A stretch of 64,000 bases of DNA from Tubulanus polymorphus (lineage: Eukaryota; Animalia; Nemertea). Positions within the stretch are counted from its first letter, which is position 1. Each line of letters begins with the position of its first letter. The translations under genes and the position numbers were made by a program. The stretch lies in assembly GCF_964204645.1 (NCBI RefSeq), contig NC_134034.1:9498962-9562961 (forward strand), written 5' to 3'. Of this stretch, positions 12,081 to 26,169 are shown piece by piece. The notes beneath the pieces are model-generated. The model did no database searches and had not been told where the DNA came from. It saw only the letters and a list, made by a program, of their open reading frames with translations.

Positions 12081-14448
12081 TGCTTAGTGTGACCCGTTTT
12101 GTACCGTGGCAATCTATATGCCATCAGGTTCGAATCCCTGAATATTAATTCCAGGCCGCAGATTGGAAACCTGTGTAAACTTTGATCAGTTAACAATTGA
12201 TAAAACACTATATCCGTGTTATCTCACCATTATAACGAAACGTAATATGAAGCCATAACAAAATATAAAAAAAACAATTCATTTTGAGATTGATACATTG
12301 AAACACGATCAGTTTTTCATCACGATTAATTTCAGCTTTGTGTTGGAAAATATTAATCTCAAAAATGAATGGTTTTATTGTTGTGTTTATTTTGTTACGG
12401 CTTTATCGCTCATTCGACTGTCTACCAAAATGATATGAAGTTCAGAAATGATTCCTTGAACTAGCATTTCATTCAGCGTTTCGACTATATTCTAACGATC
12501 ATTCAGTATTCCCGAAGATGACTATTAGAATATAGTCGACACGTCGAAATAAACTACTGCTTGTTCAAAGGAAACATTTTCATATAATTTTTTCGTTATT
12601 ATTGCGGGGTTGTCTGTGTACATTTTATCAGCAATCTTACAGAAAGGCACCGTCAAAAGACTCCACGCCATGGCGGTGGATGTGTGAACGCGATGCTCCG
12701 GGGCTGCAGACTGATAGAAGCTTGAATATAATTCCATTCCTCTACTTTTGAACTCGAATCAGTCGCTTGGCAGTTCAGACTGGCTGGAAGATTACGAACT
12801 GGAACCGAAATTTACAATTTTTATAGCAAATAGTTGTTCTTACTAGAATTGTATTTGTCAGACGTATTTGTAAAGTAATTTTTTGAACGCCTGCACTGTC
12901 TTAGTTTATGGCATGTTTTTACTAAAATTGTCCATTCACTGTCTGTGTCACCATTGGGAGGATTCGTAGAGTGTTACAAAATCGTTCATTGCAAATTGCA
13001 GTGTTATTGCAAATGAATTCGAGAAATATCGTGCTTTAAAATGTTTTCTTAAAGATCGCTAAGTCCGGATTTTCATACGTTGAAGATTTGGGGGTGTTTA
13101 CCTACAACCGATCGAATCAAATGAACTCGTTCAAAAATAAATAACAGGGACAATTTGCCTTTTCAAGATTTGAAAAAAAGGAAAAAAGAGGCCGTTCAGA
13201 ATTTTTCGTCCATTACTTGAGTTCTATTTTCGCAGCGGCTGACACGGAAAACGATTTGTTCTTCATGCTCGTCGGCGCAGACGCCAGAGCCCCCCGGGGC
13301 CAATAATTTGCCACTTTATTGACGTGACATTTTTCCTTAAAGCTCAACAAACAATAATTAAGTGTCGTAGCGCGTGTTGGCAATTTGACGCCTGTTATTC
13401 GCATCAATCAACGTCTAAATTGAATTCGTTCATTAATTGCCCTTCCCCCTCTCCCTATCCCCCTCCCCCTCTCCCCCTGAGAACCGACATAGGGCGTTTT
13501 TAGTTGAAACTTTACGTTTCTCGCGCGTGTTCGTGGAGATTACAATTTCCACCCATATCTTGTTACGAAACGATTGCCTTCGATAGTTCATGAGTATTCT
13601 ATTTTAATTCATTCGTGGTGGATAGTAAAGGCTGGCCGAAAGAAAACTGAATAAAGTTGACTTGTCAGAAAAAGAGCCAATTAGCAATATCCTCGCATAG
13701 CAATTCGGGGCAAGAATTTTTTCATACCGTGTCAGTAGTATATATAGAAACCAATAAATTACGAATGGACAGCCATTCGTGGAAATCTAACGACAATGAT
13801 TGGAGAAAACACTTTTTTACAGGTTTCTTTCTAGAAGTATATTTGTGTAACGAACACGCGTGACAAGTGAGAGCAATCGACGATAAAATTCACAACATGT
13901 AATAATGATGTTAGATAAAGAACTCTCAGCCGGCACTTCCGCCATCGCTTTCCGCGGTCTCTTCTCGGTCAATAAATCGTCGCGATTCATCATTCCGGAG
14001 CGTACCTCCGTCGAATATCAAACCGTCGGAAGAGTAACAGAAATGACCGCCGAAATAGATGAACGCCGGTCCGAGTTGGGAATAATCGAACCGTATACCG
14101 TTAACGATCCTTAGATTCATTAGAGAGCGGATCCAGGGAAATATATAGGGATTGAAGGAAAAATCCACATAATCGAAGAGAGTATAGTGACGCTTAGACT
14201 CAATTCTATGAGCCATTTTCAAAAACTAAGAGAGTAGTGACGTTATAGGACTCAACTCTTAACGTTTAGACTCAATTCTATAATGATTTATTTTCAAAAC
14301 TTAGATAGTAGTCTAAGAGAATGGTTCACAGAGTTGAGTTGAAACGTCGCTATTGCATATTTCTTTCCATATTGATTGCAATTTTCTTTGTAAACGTTGG
14401 ATATTTATAGGGCTACATATGAATATATACGTACACATATGCACAGAG

Positions 14449-14601
14449 ACCCAGTGAAGTTCATTACTTGTTCCTCATTACTTGTTCCTCATTCCTTATT
14501 CCGTTACTTAAGTAACAAGTTACTTGTTCCTTATTGGGAGATGAATTCTCAATAAGTAACGGAATAAGGAATACGGAACAAATAATGAACTTCACTGGGG
14601 T
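14449..14601. mobile_element. Young palindromic MITE with perfect 9-bp TSD
   Basis: acccagtgaagttcatta...taatgaacttcactggggt. TGCACAGAG is duplicated at 14440-14448 and 14602-14610. Confidence 0.88.
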
Positions 14602-17600
14602 TGCACAGAGCCATTTTCTATTTTAGAGAATAGTCGCGCTGAAAACCGTTATGATGAGCGTCATCAATTTTTGCCGTAATCTGTCACGATATATTGTGTA
14701 CGCAGCGCAACAGGCGGTGCCTCGATTCCTTCACGCGTGTCTGTGTGTATTTTACCGTCGATGTAGATATACTGCTGGTGGTAACGATGAAATCCGATGC
14801 TATACACTAAACCCTCGACGACGATCGTCTGCGGGTTTGATCTCTCCGCGTCGTGCGTTGTTTATTTATTTACTCCCGGTATCGAGACCCCATTAGTCAA
14901 TCTGTTCCTTTACGAGACGACGGCGGTCACGTGACGGTGTAATGATCGCTAAGGCGATTTGCGTAATGACGAGAATTGGTTTTTTTCGGTGATAAGCGAC
15001 CAGTAGAGATCTCAGAGTGCTGTTAGAGATGGAGAGGTGTTGTATTGTAACGTGTGTACTAATGAAAACTTAGAGATATGGAGGGGGTTGAAAATATTTT
15101 GGGAAAAATAAAATTCTCTCTTCCTGTCACAGGTGACAATCTACAATCTATAATCCACTCCATCTAGCACAATTTTCAATCAATGTGCCGAGTCACTTTT
15201 TAGCAGTGTGCACTTTTATACCGAGTGAGCTGATCAAATGTCTAATATCTGGTGTTTGTATTTCATTTTCAATTAGAAATGTCTCTGGGGAAGTCCTGAA
15301 CACATGTGAAATGTGGACGATCAGTATTTGAAAGTGTGCTGATGAAATGTCTAATCTCTGGAATTTGTATTTCATTTGTAGTTCATCACGATATCAATGT
15401 TTATAACTTCACCAGCGCGCATTGTTGCATTAACTTTATAAATGAGTAACATCATCAAAAAGGTTCATTATCAGCTGAGTTCATCGATATTTTTACTTTC
15501 TTTCTATCTTCATCCAATCCAGAGATATGAACAAAATGAAAAAATAGAACGGGGAAAAATAGGGACAAAAAATTCAACAATGCGGACCCAGTGGAAACTG
15601 TAAAAAGGCTAATGAGAATATCTTCGGTGATGTACTGAACTCACGTGAAGTGTTGACGATCAGTTTTTGAAAAGACGTGTTTACAGTTTCCGTTTTCGTT
15701 ACAAATGTCAGTGAAGTGAAGCCGACACAGTGGTACAAATTCGATATTGGAAAGGTTCTCAAAACAACAGAATCCCGATAAGTTACGGGTGAAATCGACG
15801 TAGTAAAGGTATAGGAATGGATCTACTTTGACGGGAATATTCTCCAATCTCTTCGCATGTAAACGAACACGTTTTTGATTGAAGATGATTAAACGCATAG
15901 CCACTACGCGTGTACGATTGATACTTACCATGAGAACTTCCAGACCCTGTTAGAATTCATTTTAAAGTTCACGATTTTCGGCATACTCTATAAACAGATA
16001 TTCTTTCTTCCATGATTGCGTGTAAACTGGCAATGATTTATTTTGAAGGTTAATTTGGTTTTATCAAAAATTCAATCGGGTAAACTGCACCATTTACCTG
16101 ACGAAGCTATTATGCACTACTATACTAGTAGCGAATTCTCATAATTTCAAATCAACCTTTTTAGTGAATCCAGGTTATAATGCCAGAGGTAAAAATGCCA
16201 GAGGTAAAAATGCCAGCAGGAAATATGCAGATGATTTATTACACGATTTATTTGTTTACACTAGATTTTACGTACATATTGAGCGCACATTTCAAATAAA
16301 ACATTTTGCTATATAATGTAAATTAAAAATCGAATCAGTCATTTATTTTGAAAAGAAATCATTTGGAACATGAGAATATATTGACATTGGACAAAATAGT
16401 CTTATCTATACTAGATGACATTCAGATGCTACATATTTCTAGATATTTCAACTCCGAGTTAACTTTAACTCAGGACTGCGGAACTGGATCCTGGCATTTT
16501 ACTACTATTTGTACTATTTTCAGGTTCGCTGATTTAACTACCCCTCCCCCTACAACACTGACTTATCAACGATACGTGTTAATCGCAATATATGCAGCAT
16601 GTTCGATTAGTCACAAAAGTTTCTGAGTAACTTTGACTGTCATTAATATAGCTATCATCATATGTCATTTCGGTGGTTGCGTGTACAAAACTCGATCCTG
16701 GACGAGACTTTTTTCCGAACGCCATCTCCGCGCGTCGCGAGGTGTTGTCACATTACACATTGATGTATATATATGGGCCAGGTCGTGACGTCACACGCGT
16801 TCAGTCAATATTCCCCTCATGCAATCTACATACGATAAATCTTACGATAAAAGTCAATCTATGACATTCTCTACTAAAATCCAATTACGGTTCCGGCCAC
16901 CCCCGCCATCCCCTGAAGTAATTCGCAAACCTGCCGATCCACTCCTAATCAGTCGTTAATTTATTGAAAGGCCAGAAGCTTTATTGCTTCTATGTGATGT
17001 ATGTCACCTCTCAACTCAGTGTGCCAGTGACTGATACAGTTTTTATCTACGTATTTACATTTACAGTAGGCCTACTCCACGTCGAGGTCAGTTTCATTAG
17101 GAGAATAACTCGGGTTTCATTGAGTACGTATATAATGTGGAACCGTAAGCTCTAAGATGTGGTTCCACAGGAGATGTCTCCAGTTCGACGCTGAATGGGT
17201 TCAGTTTGACTCTGGACCCAGTTCCACGTTTCAGTGGATATCAAAAGGTTGAATACGAAAATTTAGTTGAGACTGTTAGGGTTATCATTGGATATAAGGG
17301 GACATGCCCCTACCACTCCCCCCTTAAATACCAATCCCTATTTATAAGGCCATTATATACTGACTATCCTCAAAATTGAGTAACTAATGGATGTTAAAGA
17401 GTCTTAAAAACATCATCTCAAAAACGAAGCGGGATGTAAACAGATTCTATTTTCATCAAAATGGTGACTTACATCGTGACAAAAGGCATTAATTTGTCTT
17501 GGGGCGATGGCCTCTCCTCGCCTATCCGATGTAACATAATATATAGACCATGATTGAGACATACCCCTTTGGACTTTGCTTTAAAAGTAGATAAATCGGT

Positions 17601-17978
17601 GTCGTCTGTATACGACAGCGGAGGAACGTCAGTAAATCTCGTCGACAGATTTACATTGATAGACGCTATTTTTAGCGCGTTAATTCTAATGATAGCTAAT
17701 TATCGGTTTTATTTACGACGACGTAACGTCGACGCGCTATCTTTAGACGCAGACGATTGCCGGCCGTGTCGCTTTTAAAATTCATAAATCCGCTGCCAGT
17801 TCTCCAGTCTGACCCTTGACACATCGTCGAGCGACGTTTGCGATGACTTTTGATGCCCAATTAACTACTAGGCGATGTCGTTATGGAGAATATATATGGA
17901 TAGTTCCTAAGTACTCGATCTGCACGTGATCGATGCGCCTTTAAGATCTGTGTCGATATATTTCAACCGAAAGCTTAT

Positions 17979-18240
17979 GAGGGAGAGGGAGAGGGAGAGG
18001 GAGAGGGAGAGGGAGAGGGAGAGGGAGAGGGAGAGGGAGAGGGAGAGGGAGAGGGAGAGGGAGAGGGAGAGGGAGAGGGAGAGGGAGAGGGAGAGGGAGA
18101 GGGAGAGGGAGAGGGAGAGGGAGAGGGAGAGGGAGAGGGAGAGGGAGAGGGAGAGGGAGAGGGAGAGGGAGAGGGAGAGGGAGAGGGAGAGGGAGAGGGA
18201 GAGGGAGAGGGAGAGGGAGAGGGAGAGGGAGAGGGAGAGA
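17979..18240 (+). repeat. (GGGAGA)n microsatellite, ~43 perfect units
   Basis: Directly visible. A shorter, degenerate GA-rich tract lies at 38785-38905. Confidence 0.98.
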
Positions 18241-19699
18241 GTTAGTCGAGAAGACTCGAAGTCTTTGTCGACGAAGTGACGTATTTAAATTGGCTTCCAG
18301 ATCTCTGAGGTGATATACACTATATCATGTATGTATCGATATGTCAGCAGGATTTGTCAAAAATCTGCAGCTCTGAAGACAAATAATTGATGTTTCATTT
18401 TTGCGGAGATAAGCGTTTCGTTGGTATAAAACGCAGACACGTGGTCTGGTTGAAGTGTTTATAGTTCGTGAGATATCTATCTATCGAAAACGACGTCAAA
18501 GAGGGCAAACAAATCAAGGATACAAGTCGAATTGTAATAAATTGTTATCACACGCAACTCTAATATCCATTTATAATGAAACTAAAATATTGCCGTCACG
18601 ATATCGATTTTAAAAGCCGACCCTCAATAATTGAGATACCGAACAATAAGATGCAGGATCTGTGACCTTGAACTGTGAATCGACTTGACCTTGAAATGTC
18701 ATGAAGTTGAAAAATTCTTTCGGCCGTTTCTATTGATATCTCGAAGCCCTTCGTACCAGAATAAGTGTGGGGTGGGATCCAACCGGCATTACTGAGTGGA
18801 TGAGCCTATACCACTCACCATTTCGCTCGAGCTGTACTCCAAAAAAAATATAACTTCGTAAACGTATTTTGAGTATATTTTTCCTTGTGCTTTGCTTATT
18901 GCGTTATATATGAGTCTAATGGCCAGACAATTTGATTGCGCGGAGGCCGCCATCATTTCTGAAAGGGTCGATAGATCAAGTTGACGTGATTTGATGGTGT
19001 CCTGGGCATAAAACGGAGGCAGACATCCTTGCTATCGGCCCTGCCTGAATTCAGACTGCTTTGTTCTTGCTTGAGTTTGACATTGTTCTTGCACGGGGCA
19101 GATCCGGGGGCAGACTTAGACAGGAGCACGAAAAAGGGAAAGATCAAGGGGTCTGGAAAATTGTTAAATCTCAATTTACTTTTGAATACAATTTCCTGAA
19201 ATTTGTTACATTTAAGAGAATATAGGCATTGAGGCCCTGTTCTTGGACAGAGGATTGCTGACCTCTTAGTAGTGGGTGGATACAAAAACATCGTTTTCCA
19301 AAGGGCACTGATAAATTGCGACCGTAGCACCTGCTCCTTGTGCTCCCATGTATTTCCAATCCACATCCCTCCGCTCTTTTTAAAAGGCTAAACACGTTAT
19401 GTTACGTCAGACCGAAAAAGTCGTCTGTTTTCATTCACGTGTCGTCTGCTCGCCTTGCGCTAATCCAATCAACGTTCGTCTACTATTTCACTTGCGCTAA
19501 TCGATTTATTTCCCATATTGGCGCTCCATATAATCGATTTATCTCACTCACGGCGCGCGGTCTCGTCTCTATGCCACCCGAAAACTCAACTCGTTTCACG
19601 TTTCATTCTCGTTTTTCTTCTCGGCCGGTTATTAATCTCAGCGATATTTCATTCAGAGCTATTTCCACCGGGTGTTATATATATATATATGAGGATATG

Positions 19700-20030
19700 T
19701 GAGGATCCACCAGGTGTCACTAGTGTACAGTAGGACGCAAACTACAGCGGCAATAAAGGATATCACTTGTGGCACGTAAGAATCCACCAGATGTCGCTAG
19801 TGTGCAGTAGGACATTTACTACAGCAGCTTGTAGCAAGTGAGGATCCACCAGATGTCACCAGTGTGCAGTAGGATATTTACTACAGCAGTTTGTGGCAAG
19901 TAAGGATCCACCAGATGTCGTTAGTGTGTAGTAGGACATCAACTACTACAGCAATACAGGATTGCTGCCCCTTGTGGCCATTCAGGATCCACCATCACTA
20001 CTACGGCAATAGAGGATTCCACTTGTGGCA
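19700..20030 (+). repeat. ~60-77-bp tandem repeat family (gaggatccaccagatgtcgctagtgtgcagtaggac...)
   Basis: 4-5 units. Reverse-complement array at 29197-29740; related single copies at 38135-38350 and 44145-44220. Confidence 0.88.
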
Positions 20031-22499
20031 AGCGCGCTTCAGTTTTCTAGGTCTCATTCTCAAACACGAACGGCCACCGTTTCTCCCAAGTCTCTGAATA
20101 ATCAATTAATATGAATAAAAACCTACGTAAATGCATGTTATGTTCGGAGGCTCGTATGATAATATTTAGATTGTGTGCGCGAGCCTAAAAATCCGATTGA
20201 TGTTGATCGAAAGCAAACTAATTTCAGTCGCCGTCTAATGAACTGAGTGGCTTCATAGTTGGCATTGATCGTGGGTATCGACTGGCAGGAGATCATATCC
20301 AGCTACTAGTCCGATTTGCGTCGGTATTCGTCGCATCGTAACCCTACGTAAACTTATGGCACACACCAGATGGCGCTACGCGTCTACGGTTTAATATAGT
20401 CGAAATCGATCGGCTCCAGTCAATTTGATGCTCCCTGATATCATTAAACGAGTATTCTATTTTAACATATTGATGTTAGTGAGTTGTTAGTGATGTTAGT
20501 GAGCCATTATCGAAAACTAAGATAGTAGTGACGTTTAGACTCAAGGATGATCTCTATATTTTCCTTCACATTTTGTGGCTTATTTCGTCAACAGCGAATC
20601 GTGCTGAGAACGAGGAATGGCAATATTTGCGCAAACCGTGGAACGGGGCGAATTCACTGTAAACTTCACGGCTACTGGCTGCTGTGTGACTCTGTAAACT
20701 TCACGGCTGCTGGCTGCTGAGTGACTCTGCGTGCCTGTAAGTGACATCTTAAATCGTTTTAAACTATGCGTGATGGATGATTTGTGAACGGAAGTACCGG
20801 AAGTAGTGCCGCTCACAGGCAGACGACATCTAATAGGCAATATTTCATGTGTGTCTCATATTTTTCTGAAGTAATAACATGTTGACGGAATGAGTTCACC
20901 AGGATTTACTCGTTTAGAATGCTGAGATTTACCTGAGATGTTTCTTTCTCTCAATTCCGATCGATTTAGAAATATGCAGCAAAATATGCAATGCAAGTCT
21001 GTATTATATCGGTTATTAAGTTTTAAACCGGTGAACAGTTGTTTACGTGTCTTATGGGTAACCCTACATCGCAACTGGGGCAAGGAAGGATTCCACTAGG
21101 CGTTCATTGAGACAACCACGAGAACTATTGGATATGAATTCAAATCGTCTTATCGCGAACCGAACAGACACGACACGCATCTACCAGCGTCTGATACGTA
21201 CTACCTACCCTCCGGTCAATTCTTTACCAGGGACCAATGTCACCGGAGAAAATCTACTTAACGCCTGTACAAAAGTCGAGGTTAATCTTCTCGCCGTGGG
21301 TGAAGTTTTGATGCTAGCGAAACGAGAAAGCGGCACGTAGGCCCCGGCCGAACCAAAATTGCGACAAGACGGACTCCCGATTCATGAACCTACCTCTTGG
21401 TCTTTAGTCCGAACGCTTGGCTCCGAGTCACGTCATAACCTTCTCCCAGTTTGATCATATCTCAGATCAGTCATTTAGCAGACGTGTATTTGGGATATTT
21501 GCACCCGTCGCGTAGAATGGCCTTCCCCAACCCCTCCGTGATAATTGACTCCGTTCCAGCATTCAATAACAGCTCGAGACATTTCTGTTTAAGTTATCGC
21601 CTGTGCTTGGACAGCGCATAACAGTTCCACATATTTGGCGCTAAATTCATAACTCAAGCCAAGTCCAATGCTATCTTAAAGGAAAATAGAAAAATTAGGA
21701 AAATCAGGCAGAGTCCTAAAGTAAATGAAGGGCATAGCTCGAATAAAGCGACCGTGTTGAATGCCACAAATTTGCCGGTGAGATACGTTTCGAATTCTTG
21801 ATCGGGGTACATTATTTGGTATGGGGGAGGGGGAGGGGGTAAAACCGCAGGATGGTCCGAACAGGATGGTAGCGAAACCAGATAGGACCTGATTTTAAAG
21901 CGCATGCGCACATTTGATAAGTGGGTGGCACTTTCAACCGGAAATGGAAGAGAATTTAAAAGGACAGTATTCAGGATTGATGAACAGATTCTCGATCGAC
22001 ATATTTCAATTACTGGCACTCCACGTTTCATCTCTGTACGACTGGTATCAATTTAGTAGTAACCATCGATCAGCGCGATCAATAGATCTGAAAACGAAAC
22101 GACGATTTATCGGTCGAATGGCTCAGAACTGAAAAGAGCGTAGTCGTCACATCGGAACATTGTGTATAAAACACAAAACACCCCGAGGGACTTCGCGAAC
22201 GCCGACGGACTAGGCGAAGAAAATTGCGAACATGATCAGTATAGACAGGTTGCGAGAGCTGAAAGGGGGGCTGGCTGCGGGGAAAAATTGCGTCGACATA
22301 CAGCACGTAAAAATACAATTAGCGCGAGTGGTTCCCCTGCAGCGCGTGACGACACAGCTCTCTCTCCACAGCAGTCCTGTTTGGTTACGATCAATCCAGA
22401 GACAAAGCGATGGTGGGTTCAGTTTCACAGTCTGGAGTCGATCCAATCGAAGAGATTAGGTTTCTTTTTTAAGATGTCAGGGTTTCCAGGCTTCGTTAA

Positions 22500-22760
22500 A
22501 CTGGGCCCAGGACTGGTTTCCAGTTGTGTGGGTTTAATTTTACCGTGGACCCAGTTCCACTGTTGCGTGGGTTCAATCTGACTATGGATCCAGTTCCACA
22601 GTTCCAAGGGTTAAATTTGATTCTAGATGCAGGGGCCAGTTCCACGCTACAGTTGTGTAGTTCTAACTCGTTTGTGGACCCAATTCTACAGTATGCGTGG
22701 GTTTAATTCGGAAACTTTAGTTCCACATTTTGTGTGGGTTTTAAATTTCACTCTGGAAAA
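22500..22760 (+). repeat. 39-bp minisatellite array
   Basis: About 6 degenerate ccagttccacagttg units. Confidence 0.8.
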
Positions 22761-23189
22761 TTCTTCCCCTGCAGTGTGTTTATGATAAAGTTCAACTTCC
22801 GTTGAACTTTCAGACGTCGAACGATATCTACAAAATCTACACGACGGGTTTTTTAGTCACTCGGCTCAAAATTCCCGACGCCAACAAAATAAACAATTGG
22901 ACTAATGACATTTCAAACAATCGGTTATAATTTCGTTTGATCAATATAGAGATCTGTTCATCTTATTAATGGAAAGATACGCGATAGAGGTACTGCCCCC
23001 TCAGTTCCTCTGGATGTGACATTATCAAACCATGCAGACACATGACTAACACCCCCCCTACGCAGACACGCGACTTCCAAAGATCTCTCGGATGGTAAGC
23101 AGAACAAGCGTTTTCACGCTAACGCGCATCAATCCGTCTCACCACGACAAAACAGTTTCTAAACTTCATCCACGCAAACAACTGAAACC

Positions 23190-23460
23190 TTGAAGTCTAG
23201 GACGAATATCAAAGCCACACAATTGTGGTACTCGACCTGTGTTGAACTTAACCCACAACTGCGCAGCTGGATACAAATTAAGCCCGCACAACTGTGGAAC
23301 TGGATTCAGAGTCAAATTGAACGGAGTCATATTAAAAACCATACAACTGTGGAACTGGATTCAGAGCCAAATTAAACCCACACAACTGTGGAACTGAATT
23401 CAGAGTCGAATTAAACATGCTCAACTGTGGAACTGGATCAAGAGGTTAATTAAACTCTCA
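23190..23460 (-). repeat. 39-bp minisatellite array, inverted
   Basis: About 6 caactgtggaactgga units. Confidence 0.8.
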
Positions 23461-24879
23461 CTTCTTTAAAACTAAGCCAGAGGAAGTGATTGCAGTTATT
23501 CACCAGTGCGTAATTCAAAAGCGATTTAGCATCAATCGGCAGAAAACCACAATCTGCGATTAGTCGAATATCGTCGACGAACGAATATAAATCATAGTCC
23601 GATAGTGATTTTTATTTCGCTCTCAGATCTTTATCCGGTTCGTTTTTCTACGATATAAAAAGAGCTATGATATCCGCGTCTGCCTAATCCGTCGCATACC
23701 CGGATGAAACTGCCAGATCACGTGCGGATATCGATTTTTATACCGGATAATATATTCCGTTCTGTATCGACCGCGTTTAGATCGTTATAAGCAACATAAA
23801 TCTACGTTTTATGTCTTCGGCATCGCGCGCTTTTTACCGTTAAGAGATAGATAAAACTGCCCGGGGGTATATTAACACTGTCTGACTGACATTGCGGGAA
23901 TGCGATGGGGTATCGCCGCTCTCTCTTTCTCAGCCAGCTCTCTCCTCAATTCTCTCTCCTCCTCTCTTCGTTCAGTTTCAGAGTCCATCGTCTATTTTCA
24001 CACAGTCCCGGGAGTAGTTGTTTCAGCTGAGATCCCTGTCGCTTTACGATCCCAGTGTACCCACCATTAGACGCTAAGGTTCTTGGTGAAAGTCTACTCA
24101 TAAGGCCTATGTCATAATTTTCCCATCAGTCCAACGCTGACTTGATTCGTCTAATGCGTTCTGCCGTAAATAATAACCGCAGTTTCATATTCTCCTCTTA
24201 TGCAACAATTTAAGAAGAGGTGCGTGCGGCGCTGATTCTTCCTACCGAACACGGAATGAAAAACGTTTTATATAGTTGATTGTTTTGTGAAATATTCTGA
24301 AATTGCTCTTTGGGATTTTAACAGTCTCGAATGGAAATCAGTTCTATGCCATGCCATGCCATGAAAACGTTGGAACCTCATAGAAAGTTGACTTGCAGGT
24401 TGTACATCTGTTATGAGAGGTTTTACCGATTAAACCATGCACGATCTCGTATTAAAAGTTTACTCTTTATACTATCACTATCCGTACGATTATTATGGCG
24501 AGGTCACGTTTCAGCACGCTGGTTGTTCTTAGACATTCTTGGCACGAGGCCCCGATCAGTAACATTGGTGTTTGTAAGTCATGTAAAACCGTTTGTAACG
24601 AGGGCTGTATTTAATCAACATTCGATAGGTATCTGAGTATCATTTATACAAAATAATTAATCCCATCGAACTCCACGCGTATATATACACTCACCCGCGG
24701 TGTATCAGCTACCGTCGAAATGTTGACGTCACTCCCGACTTGGGGTTCAATCGGTGAGAGGAGAGTTGTTGCTCTTCCTGCATTAGGCCTATGGCCTATA
24801 CGTAACTCTTTTTGACGCCGTAAAAACCGCTAGAAAAAATTGTTCGTCGATGTCATATTAAGGAATGCAGCGCGAGTCG

Positions 24880-25130
24880 ATGAGCACTACGTCATCAATA
24901 TTAGCGTTTCAAAATGGTGGCAATTTCAGAATTTGTGAATTTTGGCGTTTATCTACATAAATTTTGATATAATTTTGGCGTATATCTTTTGGCGTATATT
25001 GCATGACTCTTTTTTCTATTCAATACATTTTTACGTCTTTTTGCTAATTGATCTTTGAGCAGATGTGCACTACGTCATCAACATCGGAGCTAGCCTCGTT
25101 AGACTGGTTGCCGGTCAATTCAATTCAATT
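24880..25130 (+). mobile_element. Dispersed ~250-bp repeat ending in tagactggttgccggtcaattcaatt
   Basis: Similar copy at 43730-43925; inverted copies at 40915-41190 and 33000-33065. Confidence 0.65.
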
Positions 25131-25424
25131 GTCGATATATTCAAATTCAAAATTTATTCATTGATCAATTATCTATATCATTCATATATGTGTTATTTTT
25201 CTTCAAAGCGTCAATAAACTTTCAAGTTAGTTTTTCTTGTTCTCACAAGTTAGCGGTCGAGGTTAGAATTGATCTTTTCCAGAAATCGAACTTCAAAGTT
25301 GAGATGCCGGTTTTCGTAGACAATTTTCCACGAATATCGCCTCATCTAGTGAACAAAAAACAAAAAACAAATCAGCATGACATATAAAGATCAAGCTAAA
25401 TATGAAATCCCACACACTAAGATT

Positions 25425-25550
25425 AAAAAGAGTCGCTAGCCGGTTCAGGCCGGTTGGGAGATTGTTTAAACAAATCGGAACCGAAATATACAATTATGCT
25501 CATCGATTTTAACAAAAAAATATATATATTCGACCGCCGATCGTACAACC
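25425..25550 (+). repeat. Dispersed repeat (agtcgctagccggttcaggccggttgggagattg...gaaccgaaat)
   Basis: Copies at 42050-42165 and 12760-12812. Confidence 0.65.
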
Positions 25551-25977
25551 CCCCTGGTTCGCTCCCGGCAGGTGTGGTGGGTTTGTAAGGGGCATCAATA
25601 TCTAATGAAAGCAAATCAAACGAAATCTTCCAATTAAATACACAAAAATGATAAAAATAGTCCTAAATATTTCCTCGAGTAAATGATTTATTCGCAATTT
25701 CGATTCATGTCCTATAATAAACGTATAGTGGTCGCGTGGGTTTGCCCTGCTAATACGTAATACTTCTTCTCATACTCCGCCGCACTGGGGCAATAGCCCT
25801 CTCCGACAAATACACGAAACAAACACGACACAAGGCAGAAAGTAGAGCATAAATATTGTTTTTGCTCTGGCGGTTTAATTGACCATTGTAGACTCGCTGT
25901 CAACCTCTCCGTGACAACCATTATCCTCTGTGTATAGTGCACGCTGCTGGGTAAATGTAAGTAAACTCGACCTTGTC

Positions 25978-26169
25978 ACCGCAAAGAGCTACTGTCGTTC
26001 TATCGCAAAAAGCTACTGTCGTTCTATCGCAAAGAGCTACTGTCGTTCTATCGCAAAGAGCTACTGTCGTTCTAACGCAAAGAGCTACTGTCGTTCTATC
26101 GCAAAGAGCTACTGTCGTTCTATCGCAAAGAGCTACTGTCGTTCTACCGCAAAGAGCTACTGTCGTTCT
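25978..26169 (+). repeat. 24-bp minisatellite (gcaaagagctactgtcgttctatc) x 8
   Basis: Directly visible, near-perfect units. Confidence 0.95.

Noticed and set aside
17926-18279. Poly-(ER) ORF
   Set aside because: Translation of the (GGGAGA)n microsatellite.
21107-22581. Cluster of 70-140-aa ORFs
   Set aside because: No recognisable domains, inconsistent strands, mostly non-ATG starts.
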